A stretch of 64,000 nt of DNA, from positions 40,076 to 104,075 of the IMG/VR virus record IMGVR_UViG_3300014208_000030. The stretch is one strand, 5' to 3'. A program made the translations under genes and the position numbers. The notes under the pieces are model-generated. The model had not been told where the DNA came from. It saw nothing but the letters and a program-made list of their open reading frames with translations, and did no database searches. Positions 1-7,993 of the stretch are shown here, piece after piece. The stretch's first letter is position 1; every line of letters begins with the position of its first letter. Origin of the DNA: a virus. Lineage: Duplodnaviria; Heunggongvirae; Uroviricota; Caudoviricetes.

Positions 1-1069
1 TATTATCCTGTAGATAAGTGTGAAATCCTAATAATCCAAGACCTAATGCTCTACTTGCTGTAGCAAATTTAATAATTTTTTCCATTCCTTTGATTTTAGA
101 ACCAATTTCGATTAAATCTTGATTCACACAATCCAAGAATACCGTTGCATTAAATACAGCATCAGTATTTTTCCACTCATGATAAAGACTAGCATTCATA
201 GAAGATAGAACACAAGAATATGTGTAGTCTTCATCTGAAAATAAAGTAATTTCGGTACAGAGCTGAGATGCAAGGACATTTAGTCCTCTATCTTTATACA
301 TCTGAGGATTAAGTCTGTTTGTTTTATCAACGAAAAAGAAATAACCCTTACCAGTAATCATTTTTAACTTTAACGCCTTATGGAAGCGTTGTATGGCGTC
401 GTTATCTTGATGCTCTAAGCGTTCAACAAAGGAATCTTTAATAATCCAACCAATATTAGCATCATCTGGGTTTTTTCCAATATAATTTACTAATTCAAAA
501 AAGTCAGGATGATCAATTTCAATATAACCAGCCCATGCTCCTCTTCTAGCTCCTTGTGTAATATCTTTTGAAACCTGAACAAAATCTTTAAATACGGGAA
601 GGACACCAGAAGCAGTTCCTTTCATTCCAGTAATTTTTGAGCCTCGAGGTCTAATATTACCCAAATAGCTTGATGTACCGAATCCATTTTTAGATAATAT
701 AGCAACTTCTAATTGAGCCGAATAAAACCCATAAACAGAATCATCGATAGAGTTTCCGCTGCATGAAACAGGACACCCATGACCAGTTCCCATATTAGAC
801 AATACTGGAGTAGAAGCAGCTAACCAACCATTCCAGAACAATTCAAAAAACTTGTCTTCCCATTCAACAGGATTTGTTGTGTATTTTGAAGCGTGTTTAG
901 ATATTCTTCTGTAAATTGATGCTAAATCAGGATAGTCTTGAGAAAGATTTTTTTCTTTAATCATTTGCCAAGAATTAGTTGTTACCCATTTTGGTAATTT
1001 TCCTTCTTCCTGAAGTCTTTTACGTTCAATACCCAATTCATCATAAAGTGATACTTCATTTTTTTTCAT
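1..1069 (-). CDS. nrdA: Ribonucleotide reductase class Ia alpha subunit (runs off the window edge)
   Basis: Manual translation from ATG 1069: MKKNEVSLYDELG...STPVLSNMG...PVSC...RRGAWAGY...SQLCTEI...CVLSSMN...RALGLGLLGFH, carrying the RNR Cys motifs; lies next to nrdB. Confidence 0.93.
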   Translation of the reverse strand, partial: MKKNEVSLYDELGIERKRLQEEGKLPKWVTTNSWQMIKEKNLSQDYPDLASIYRRISKHASKYTTNPVEWEDKFFELFWNGWLAASTPVLSNMGTGHGCPVSCSGNSIDDSVYGFYSAQLEVAILSKNGFGTSSYLGNIRPRGSKITGMKGTASGVLPVFKDFVQVSKDITQGARRGAWAGYIEIDHPDFFELVNYIGKNPDDANIGWIIKDSFVERLEHQDNDAIQRFHKALKLKMITGKGYFFFVDKTNRLNPQMYKDRGLNVLASQLCTEITLFSDEDYTYSCVLSSMNASLYHEWKNTDAVFNATVFLDCVNQDLIEIGSKIKGMEKIIKFATASRALGLGLLGFHTYLQDN

Positions 1070-1084
1070 ATATTTCCTTAAATT

Positions 1085-1204
1085 TTATTTTTCTTCAATC
1101 ATTTGCCAAGAATTAGTTGTCACCAATTTTGGTAATTTGCCTTCTTCTTGAAGTTTCTTTCTTTCGTTACTTAATTCATCATATATTGATAATTCTTTTA
1201 CCAT
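1085..1204 (-). CDS. 39-aa mini-ORF duplicating the NrdA N-terminus
   Basis: MVKELSIYDELSNERKKLQEEGKLPKLVTTNSWQMIEEK*, with its own AAGGA RBS; near-copy of NrdA residues 1-40. Confidence 0.65.
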   Translation of the reverse strand: MVKELSIYDELSNERKKLQEEGKLPKLVTTNSWQMIEEK

Positions 1205-1216
1205 TATTATTCCTTT

Positions 1217-1224
1217 TATAAATA
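1217..1224 (+). promoter_or_regulatory. T4-type late promoter for the endonuclease gene
   Basis: Exact TATAAATA about 70 nt upstream of ORF 1297. Confidence 0.7.
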
Positions 1225-1296
1225 AGTGTAGATCGCGAGACTCTCACCTCTCCATCTACTCTAAACATATTTCATACACAATTACAAGAAACTGTT

Positions 1297-2139
1297 ATGC
1301 TCAGCACAAATACTTATACTTCACAGGATAGAACCCCATATACATATTTCATTCGTTGGAACGAATTAGATTTAAATTATTACGGAAGACGAACTGCTAA
1401 AGGTTGTCGCCCAGAAGAATTTTTTATTACATATTTTACATCATCTAAATTAGTTGACGATATTATAGCTGAATATGGCATGCCTGATATTATAAAAATC
1501 CATAAAATATTTTCAGATATACATTCTTGTTGTTTACAGGAAGAAAAATTTTTAACTAGAGTTAATGCTGCTAGATCGTTATCATGGTTGAATCAAACTA
1601 ATGGCGATAAAAATTGGAATAATATTGGAGGTTATTCATTGTCAGCATCCACAATATTAAAAATGAGAAAACCAAAATCTGAAAATCATAAACAAAATAT
1701 GCGCCAATCAAGACCAGAATCCAGAAAAGAATCTGAACGTCAAAAAAGATTTGAGCGTACCGGATATTACGATAATTTTTCAAATCCAGAATTGCGAAAT
1801 AAAGCAAGAAATACTTATTTTGAAAAAACTGGATATATACACAATTCATATAACCCTGATGTTATTACTAAACGCGAACGTACATATTTTGAAAAAACTG
1901 GATACACAAACCCATCAAAAAATCCAGATGTGATTGCACATCAATATGATTCTTATTTTGAACAAACTGGTTATAAGCATCCAAACCATAATCCAAAAGT
2001 TAAATTAAAACAAATACAATCATACAAAGAAACATGTAAAACTAGACCGCCAATAACATGTCCTCATTGCGGAGCGATTGGTAAGGGCGGCATAATGAAA
2101 CGCTGGCATTTTGACAAGTGTAAAAATATTACCAAATAA
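1297..2139 (+). CDS. Free-standing GIY-YIG/Seg-like homing endonuclease
   Basis: N-terminal YTYFIR-x8-YYGRR...YFTSS, NUMOD3-like KSENHKQNMR, four 23-aa YFEKTGY repeats, C-terminal CPHC..HFDKC; inserted between nrdB and nrdA. Confidence 0.72.
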   Translation: MLSTNTYTSQDRTPYTYFIRWNELDLNYYGRRTAKGCRPEEFFITYFTSSKLVDDIIAEYGMPDIIKIHKIFSDIHSCCLQEEKFLTRVNAARSLSWLNQTNGDKNWNNIGGYSLSASTILKMRKPKSENHKQNMRQSRPESRKESERQKRFERTGYYDNFSNPELRNKARNTYFEKTGYIHNSYNPDVITKRERTYFEKTGYTNPSKNPDVIAHQYDSYFEQTGYKHPNHNPKVKLKQIQSYKETCKTRPPITCPHCGAIGKGGIMKRWHFDKCKNITK

Positions 2140-3121
2140 ATTTTTCTTCTTTCCATGCCCTATTATAATCATTCCCCGTACTTGAAAAAAAATCATGTAA
2201 TGTTGAACTTTCCAAATCTTTATAAAACCAAGTTTTAATTGGATTCCAGGTTGGTTTGAAAATTGATTTATAGCTCAAATTAATCAAACATTCATCCAAT
2301 CTTGATTCAACAAAATGAATTAATTGTTTAGAAGAAGTTCCTGGAATTGAACCCTTTTCGAATATTTTACCGATAATCACAGTTTCATGTTCAAGAATAA
2401 CCTTTGCAGTATCTTCTAATTCTTGCCTCAATAAGATTAATTCAGCTTCAGTTATTGCTCCATCTGCAATAGCTTCGGCTAATAATGTTCTGAATAACCA
2501 AGCTCCAGCTTTTGAATGTAAAGTTTCATCGATAGCTGAGAAATTAATTCCGGCATTAACATTAATAAGTTTATTTTTACCAACATTATTGAAATGCTTC
2601 AAAAAAGCGAAGCTTGAATAAAGAATAGCTCCTTCAATCATCGAAAAAATGCCAACAGATTTTAAAATATCATAAACTGTATCGCGTTTTGTTACTCGTT
2701 TAGCAATCCAAGCCATACGATTTTTTAATACTTCATCATCCATATAACTGCTATAGAATTCATCAGTATCTAAACCCAATACCTCATTAATTTTATTATA
2801 GAATGGAGCATGAACTCCAATTTCCATGAAACTAAATGTGGTTGCCATCCGTTGAATATCTGGTCTTGGAAATACCTGCGCAACGTAATTTTGCCAATAA
2901 TCATTCCCAACCGATAATTCATAAATTGTGAATAGTTTCAAAGTAGATATTACTCCATGATATTCAGCTTCGCTGAAATTAGTTTTCATATCATGGAGGT
3001 CCTTTTGCGCATCAATTTCATCCGGGAACCATATTATTTCAGCTTGCTGTTTTGCAAATTCAATTGCCGTCTTATAATCGGTAGTATATGTACTTTTAGG
3101 TGTTAATATGCGTATAGCCAT
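2129..3121 (-). CDS. nrdB: Ribonucleotide reductase class Ia beta subunit
   Basis: W.PDEID...EIGVHAPFY...EGAILYSSF...DETLH diiron-centre motifs. Confidence 0.93.
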   Translation of the reverse strand: MAIRILTPKSTYTTDYKTAIEFAKQQAEIIWFPDEIDAQKDLHDMKTNFSEAEYHGVISTLKLFTIYELSVGNDYWQNYVAQVFPRPDIQRMATTFSFMEIGVHAPFYNKINEVLGLDTDEFYSSYMDDEVLKNRMAWIAKRVTKRDTVYDILKSVGIFSMIEGAILYSSFAFLKHFNNVGKNKLINVNAGINFSAIDETLHSKAGAWLFRTLLAEAIADGAITEAELILLRQELEDTAKVILEHETVIIGKIFEKGSIPGTSSKQLIHFVESRLDECLINLSYKSIFKPTWNPIKTWFYKDLESSTLHDFFSSTGNDYNRAWKEEKFIW

Positions 3122-3160
3122 TAGGTTCCTTATCGTGCTGGGTTAATAAAATGGTTGGTA

Positions 3161-3340
3161 TTACGAGAGCAGCCCGATAAGAACGAGGACAAATGCAATG
3201 ATTCCAACAATAGTTATTACATTACTGATATTCTGTACTTCAGTTGGCACAGTATCTTCGGTACAATCTCGCACCATGCTTTCTGCTTGTAATTTATGTA
3301 GTGCTGCTTGTGCTTTTCTGTTCTTGTTTGATAATTTCAT
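3161..3340 (-). CDS. 59-aa protein with C-terminal transmembrane helix
   Basis: Manual translation MKLSNKNRK...VITIVGIIAFVLVLIGLLS*; fills the gap between thyX and nrdB. Confidence 0.55.
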   Translation of the reverse strand: MKLSNKNRKAQAALHKLQAESMVRDCTEDTVPTEVQNISNVITIVGIIAFVLVLIGLLS

Positions 3341-3355
3341 TATATAGTCCTGTAA

Positions 3356-4174
3356 TTAAATTTTGGTTACTTCGTTATGTTCAATATAAAATCGATATGA
3401 CTTCCATGCACGAACGTTAAAAAAGAATGCATCAGTTCTTGCCGGTACTAATTGGTGTTCACTAGGACTGGCATGCTTAGGATCACTACCGACAAGAATG
3501 TCGTGCAGCTTCATATCATTCTCAAGTGATGGTGCCTTTTTATCGTGGGTCAGATAAGAAACTCTGGCACATCTGGCGGTAGAAAACTTGATGCAGTCCA
3601 ATAAGCTAAACTCTTTGCGCTCATCTTCGGTCACATAGGGTAGATGCCACTCGCCATTAGCAAGGTATTTAGGCACACTTTCATCGATCGCATCGCCCAT
3701 GATTTCTGCCAGTTTTTTAAATTCTGGCTGAGCCATTTCATGATTGCGCAAGGCAAAGAAATTATCCCACTCGGTGCTGGTGATCACAGTGTGTGCCCAG
3801 CACCAAGGTTCGAGCAGCCGATTCCCAATCTGCTTATGCAGCCCAAGGCCGTATAATGCCAGAGCAAAGCCACAGGCAAATTTTGATGCCAGTACCCAAG
3901 TCTGTGTTGCTAACCACTTGCCCATGCCGGTTAGTTCCTCGGCTGCTTGCATGCCGGATTTATTTTTACCCCAGTATACCGGAATGACCGGTCGATTCCA
4001 TACTTGCTCGATCATCTTCATGATCGGAATTGCCCGTGAGCTCGATGTGGACCTGCTGAACATCCGGTGCGTATTTGTTTCGGCCAGAATGAATCTAGGA
4101 TAGCAAATAGCAATGGTTATTGCCCTGATCCCAAACTTGTTTACACTATCTTCAATTACTTTCGCGCTATACAT
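3356..4174 (-). CDS. thyX: Flavin-dependent thymidylate synthase
   Basis: ETNTHRMFSRSTSSSRAIP (ThyX motif variant), FFALR...AQPE, HASPSEH. Confidence 0.85.
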   Translation of the reverse strand: MYSAKVIEDSVNKFGIRAITIAICYPRFILAETNTHRMFSRSTSSSRAIPIMKMIEQVWNRPVIPVYWGKNKSGMQAAEELTGMGKWLATQTWVLASKFACGFALALYGLGLHKQIGNRLLEPWCWAHTVITSTEWDNFFALRNHEMAQPEFKKLAEIMGDAIDESVPKYLANGEWHLPYVTEDERKEFSLLDCIKFSTARCARVSYLTHDKKAPSLENDMKLHDILVGSDPKHASPSEHQLVPARTDAFFFNVRAWKSYRFYIEHNEVTKI

Positions 4175-4191
4175 AATTTCCTTTGGTTGAT

Positions 4192-5172
4192 TTAAAAAGT
4201 TGTTGGCATTTTACTGGTATGTTGCCTCGCGCTGATCAGCCTATCGGCAAACATCGAATTCGAAGACATTGGTCGGGCTGTCTTCAAAGCATCCTTACCG
4301 GAATGCTCAATGACCAGATTGACCAGATACCCAAACCCAATTTTCTTGCGCCGACTGCAGCGCCACTGCATTCGGCAGTTGTTTTTTCTGTGGCTCCGAA
4401 TAACACTGCTAAGTTCAGTGAATTCTGCTTCGCTGTATCCAGAATCCTGCATTGCTGAGCCGATTTTCCACCATTCTGAGTATTCTATCTCCCGAAGACT
4501 ATGCAGCTCAGATAATACTTTGGCCTTGAACTCCACTGAGGGTGGCTCTCGTGCTGTGTCCGGTGTGTAAATTTCTTCGATCTCAGCCTCAAACGCCATC
4601 AGGTCGATAGATTGGCCTTTGTTATGGTAAAACTCCGCCCTAGTGAGCCCAGCTTGGCTACAAGAGGGAACATAGAAGCCTCTGCTCTGCGATAATGTTG
4701 TCTGATCATGGCACCCAATGAATTCTCTAATGGCTGCTCTGCGTTCGAGAAAATCTTCATTGGATACCGCCTCGACCAACTTAAAGAAAATCCTGAAGCA
4801 ATCGTATGGCTTTTCTTCTGATTGATGATTAAATGTCGTATACAGAACGTATTCATAATCAGCGAAGCGCACTTTTGCATCGGCAATAGTCATCTGCCCG
4901 TCAATATCAACAGGAATAGCATGCCACGCTTTTACGTTGTCACTACACCGGCGAACCTTACCGGAATCAGTGAATTCTGCCGCCTCATCTTCGCTAACAT
5001 ATTCTACCGGAGATATCAGCAAGGCTGAATTCTTGTCTGGCACTATTTGTACTTTGGATAATCGTTTGCAGAAATTTTCCCAACTGTAGGTCTTCCTGTT
5101 TCTTGGAAGAATTTCATTATTGAATATGCTTTCTAGCAGTGTAACTTGCATCGAATGCAACCTCCTATTCAC
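4192..5172 (-). CDS. AEP-superfamily primase-like protein with PriCT-2-like C-terminus
   Basis: PVDID, YTTFNH, FRIFF, D..LSQSRGFYVP and YSEWWKIGSAM motifs. Confidence 0.6.
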   Translation of the reverse strand: MNRRLHSMQVTLLESIFNNEILPRNRKTYSWENFCKRLSKVQIVPDKNSALLISPVEYVSEDEAAEFTDSGKVRRCSDNVKAWHAIPVDIDGQMTIADAKVRFADYEYVLYTTFNHQSEEKPYDCFRIFFKLVEAVSNEDFLERRAAIREFIGCHDQTTLSQSRGFYVPSCSQAGLTRAEFYHNKGQSIDLMAFEAEIEEIYTPDTAREPPSVEFKAKVLSELHSLREIEYSEWWKIGSAMQDSGYSEAEFTELSSVIRSHRKNNCRMQWRCSRRKKIGFGYLVNLVIEHSGKDALKTARPMSSNSMFADRLISARQHTSKMPTTF

Positions 5173-5395
5173 AGTCTACGGGTACGCATCTCCAGCACTC
5201 TACTACTGAATCATCATCTTCGAATTTGAAGCCAAACAGACCACTTTGTTCGTGTATTACGATGGACTTGACTCTGTTGACTTTGGTTGTTGATTTGAAT
5301 GGTTTGTTACTTCGCTTGCGAACACGAGAACCAATCATTCTGTAGCACTCTTCGAATGCCTCTTTTGAAGTGTTGCTGTCCATGATATTTTGCAC
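5165..5395 (-). CDS. Hypothetical protein
   Basis: ORF downstream of a TTGACA-type promoter (about 5422-5450), overlapping the next gene. Confidence 0.55.
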   Translation of the reverse strand: MQNIMDSNTSKEAFEECYRMIGSRVRKRSNKPFKSTTKVNRVKSIVIHEQSGLFGFKFEDDDSVVECWRCVPVDCE

Positions 5396-5454
5396 CCATC
5401 TATTAAGTTAATGTAAGGGTGCAGTATATATCATGTTGTGTGAATTGTCAAGTA

Positions 5455-5640
5455 CTACATGAAGTCGCTATCTTGTCTTTCTCTACGCTGATTCTTGGCC
5501 ACTTGTGAGTTTCTGACAAACCGCCTGACGAAGCCAATCCCTTTGCGTTTAATTGGCGCACCGGCCACGGATGTCTTATCGGCAGTGCCGACTGCATTTG
5601 CCGGAGCCTCTTCCTGCATAACTTCTTTGAATGTTTTCAT
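5455..5640 (-). CDS. Small protein with capsid-targeting-like N-terminus (candidate internal head protein)
   Basis: MKTFKEVMQEEAPANAVG resembles the T4 internal-protein leader MKTYQEFIAE; downstream of the late promoter at 6241. Confidence 0.55.
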   Translation of the reverse strand: MKTFKEVMQEEAPANAVGTADKTSVAGAPIKRKGIGFVRRFVRNSQVAKNQRRERQDSDFM

Positions 5641-5987
5641 ATCGTCGATAGTCTCTCTTTAATGTTCTGGTCTATTTTTAAGTCGACCACTTTAATGTTG
5701 GTGTGGGGAATGGTGTCCGGCATTCTGTTGAGGTAGATCAGCACGGTTATCATCATACTCCAGTGATCGACGGGAAGTGCCCTGAAAATCATATGGGTGG
5801 CAAATGGGCCAAAGGTGTTATAGAGAATGATGATATGATTCAGAAATAGTCGCTCGTTCAGTACGCCGGATTTATAGTACTTTTTAGCATGTTTTTTGAT
5901 AATTTGCAAGCGACCAAATTCTTGCTCGAACACGGAGAAGTCAACCGAGTCATAATGCTTGGCGCACTCCAGTCTGAAGTAATCCAT
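5637..5987 (-). CDS. Conserved T4-like hypothetical protein
   Basis: LNERLFLNHIIILYNTFG motif, recalled from T4-like environmental phages. Confidence 0.65.
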   Translation of the reverse strand: MDYFRLECAKHYDSVDFSVFEQEFGRLQIIKKHAKKYYKSGVLNERLFLNHIIILYNTFGPFATHMIFRALPVDHWSMMITVLIYLNRMPDTIPHTNIKVVDLKIDQNIKERLSTI

Positions 5988-5993
5988 TTTGTG

Positions 5994-6212
5994 CTACTTA
6001 TCGGCAGTGTAATCTTTTCTGTGGGTTGAATGGACGTGCAAAATTCCGTTAGCCACATTCCGCCATTTTTCCCCATATTTTTTCTTGAACGCATCGCGCT
6101 GGTCGTTCATTCCGCGCATCATATGATCCCTTTTCGAGTAGGGAATCTCGGGCGAATTAATATCGACGCTAGGTAGCTCTGCTTTTTGTTTTGTTGGTTT
6201 CTTTTCTGCCAT
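5994..6212 (-). CDS. Small basic late protein
   Basis: First ORF after the TATAAATA at 6241-6248; contains DAFKKKYGEKW. Confidence 0.6.
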   Translation of the reverse strand: MAEKKPTKQKAELPSVDINSPEIPYSKRDHMMRGMNDQRDAFKKKYGEKWRNVANGILHVHSTHRKDYTADK

Positions 6213-6217
6213 CAGTG

Positions 6218-6264
6218 TTCTCAGTAGGGTTGGTATCTTGTATTTATACCAACCCTACTGAGAA
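6218..6264 (-). promoter_or_regulatory. 19-bp perfect hairpin enclosing a late promoter and masking the downstream RBS
   Basis: TTCTCAGTAGGGTTGGTAT / ATACCAACCCTACTGAGAA with a 9-nt loop; TATAAATA on the minus strand at 6241-6248. Confidence 0.8.
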
Positions 6265-6268
6265 ATCA

Positions 6269-7663
6269 TTAGTCGAAATTGAATGTACTGACATCCGGAG
6301 CACTTAGAATGTAGTCCGGAAACTCTGGGAGCTCATCATCTTCTGGTGCCGACACCTGTGCGGTTTCTTCGAGATTGAATATTCGCATCTTGGCTCGATC
6401 TACGCCGACCATGAACTTTTTGTAGTAATTGACATCATTAAATCGATTCTTGAGCACTTTCATCATCAACTGATTCAGTGCCGCCAAATCATCATTGGTG
6501 TGCAGACCAATAAACAAATCTGCCGTCATCGCAATACCGAAAGAGTCTGCAGAATCCGTCATATCCAGATCAGAATTGGTTGATCCTGTCCGGTTAGTCT
6601 GAATTGCAGTAACCACCGGCACTTTGTAGTGCTGTGATATTGCTCTTAACTCTTCCGCAACTGACTGGAAGAATGTATTGGTGTTGACATTTGATCCATT
6701 CTTGTACCGAGCTGAGGCGCAAATACCCAGATAGTCAACCAGAATAATGTCTGGCCTAAAATCTTTCTTCAGTTTCAGCTCATCGATCAGTGCCTTAAAG
6801 TGCCCAGCATGTGCCGAGCGCATCGGATACTCTTTGATGATCAGCTCGCCCTGCGTCTTCGCTTCCAGCTTGTTGATCCTCCCCATGAACGCCTCTTTGC
6901 CCAACTTAACAACATCCGCAATCGGGACGTTAAGTAAATTGGCATCAATACGCTCACCAATGCGCTCTTGCTGCATTTCTAGGGTGATGTACAAAACATT
7001 GTATCCCTGCTTAAGATAATCTGCCGCAAAGTGGCACATTAAATTGGTTTTGCCGGTGCCGGTGCCGCCCAAGAACACACCTAAACACACTTCTGGCAGA
7101 CCACCACGAGTGATCTTGTTCAGAATATCGATATCGAACGGTATTCTCGTCTCAATCTTCGTGTAGTAGTCATATCTGGCCTCTGCATCCTTGATGTAGT
7201 TATGCCCGATATTATGATCAAACGATACTGCCAATGCCTTAGACAGCATCTCTGGGATGCCATCCTTTGATATGGTCTTATCGCGACCTTCCATGATGTC
7301 AAGTGCTGCCACAATTCCATTGAAGAGTGCCTTATCTTGGCAAAACTTCTCCGTGATATCACTCGCCCACTGCGTATTAGGCTTTTCGTAGCCCTCATCG
7401 ACAGTCTGTACAAATGAGAATGCTGCTGAGTAATCTGGAGAGTCATTGCGACCGGCAATATTCTTTTCACTTATGCTAATTCCCAACGCCTCTTTCGTTG
7501 GTATCGTGTTGTATTTTGCAACAAAGTCTGAAATCTCATCAAACAGAATCTTGTCCGACGGTTCATGAAAATATTCACCTGTTAAGTGCGGAATACACTG
7601 CCTCATGTATTCCACATTCATGATCAGGTTGGTGAGGATTGTGTCCTCGACTCTTCCTGCCAT
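6269..7663 (-). CDS. 41: DnaB-like replicative helicase gp41
   Basis: GGTGTGKT Walker A, ITLEM, ILVDYL, QTNRTG, LKNRF. Confidence 0.95.
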   Translation of the reverse strand: MAGRVEDTILTNLIMNVEYMRQCIPHLTGEYFHEPSDKILFDEISDFVAKYNTIPTKEALGISISEKNIAGRNDSPDYSAAFSFVQTVDEGYEKPNTQWASDITEKFCQDKALFNGIVAALDIMEGRDKTISKDGIPEMLSKALAVSFDHNIGHNYIKDAEARYDYYTKIETRIPFDIDILNKITRGGLPEVCLGVFLGGTGTGKTNLMCHFAADYLKQGYNVLYITLEMQQERIGERIDANLLNVPIADVVKLGKEAFMGRINKLEAKTQGELIIKEYPMRSAHAGHFKALIDELKLKKDFRPDIILVDYLGICASARYKNGSNVNTNTFFQSVAEELRAISQHYKVPVVTAIQTNRTGSTNSDLDMTDSADSFGIAMTADLFIGLHTNDDLAALNQLMMKVLKNRFNDVNYYKKFMVGVDRAKMRIFNLEETAQVSAPEDDELPEFPDYILSAPDVSTFNFD

Positions 7664-7672
7664 TGTTACCTA

Positions 7673-7993
7673 CTAAGCTTCTACTACTGGGGACTCAACA
7701 TCCATAAGTGAGGCAAATATAGCCCGAACGACAGCGTCTTGACGCTCTTTCGGCACCGGTGGTGTATCTTCTGCCTGAAGGAAGTCGCAATCGATTTGCA
7801 CGCCACCCTCAATACCGGATTGCTCACGCTCTTTTATCGCATAGGAGCATGCGCCATATTGGTGGTCATCGACCAGAACAATAATTTGGTCTTCATCGCT
7901 CAGCCCAATAATTTTAAACTCTAGGTCCGTTACCTGTACTTCGTCTTCCAGTGAGATTGCTGTCGGTACATCATATATTGGATCAATCGTCAT
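7673..7993 (-). CDS. Acidic protein in the gp40 position (possible head vertex assembly chaperone)
   Basis: Synteny only: sits between uvsX and 41 as in T4. Confidence 0.45.
   Translation of the reverse strand: MTIDPIYDVPTAISLEDEVQVTDLEFKIIGLSDEDQIIVLVDDHQYGACSYAIKEREQSGIEGGVQIDCDFLQAEDTPPVPKERQDAVVRAIFASLMDVESPVVEA

Noticed and set aside
1-1204. Split nrdA (two complementary halves, as in phage Aeh1)
   Set aside because: The downstream ORF has its own complete N-terminus, so the upstream piece is redundant rather than complementary.
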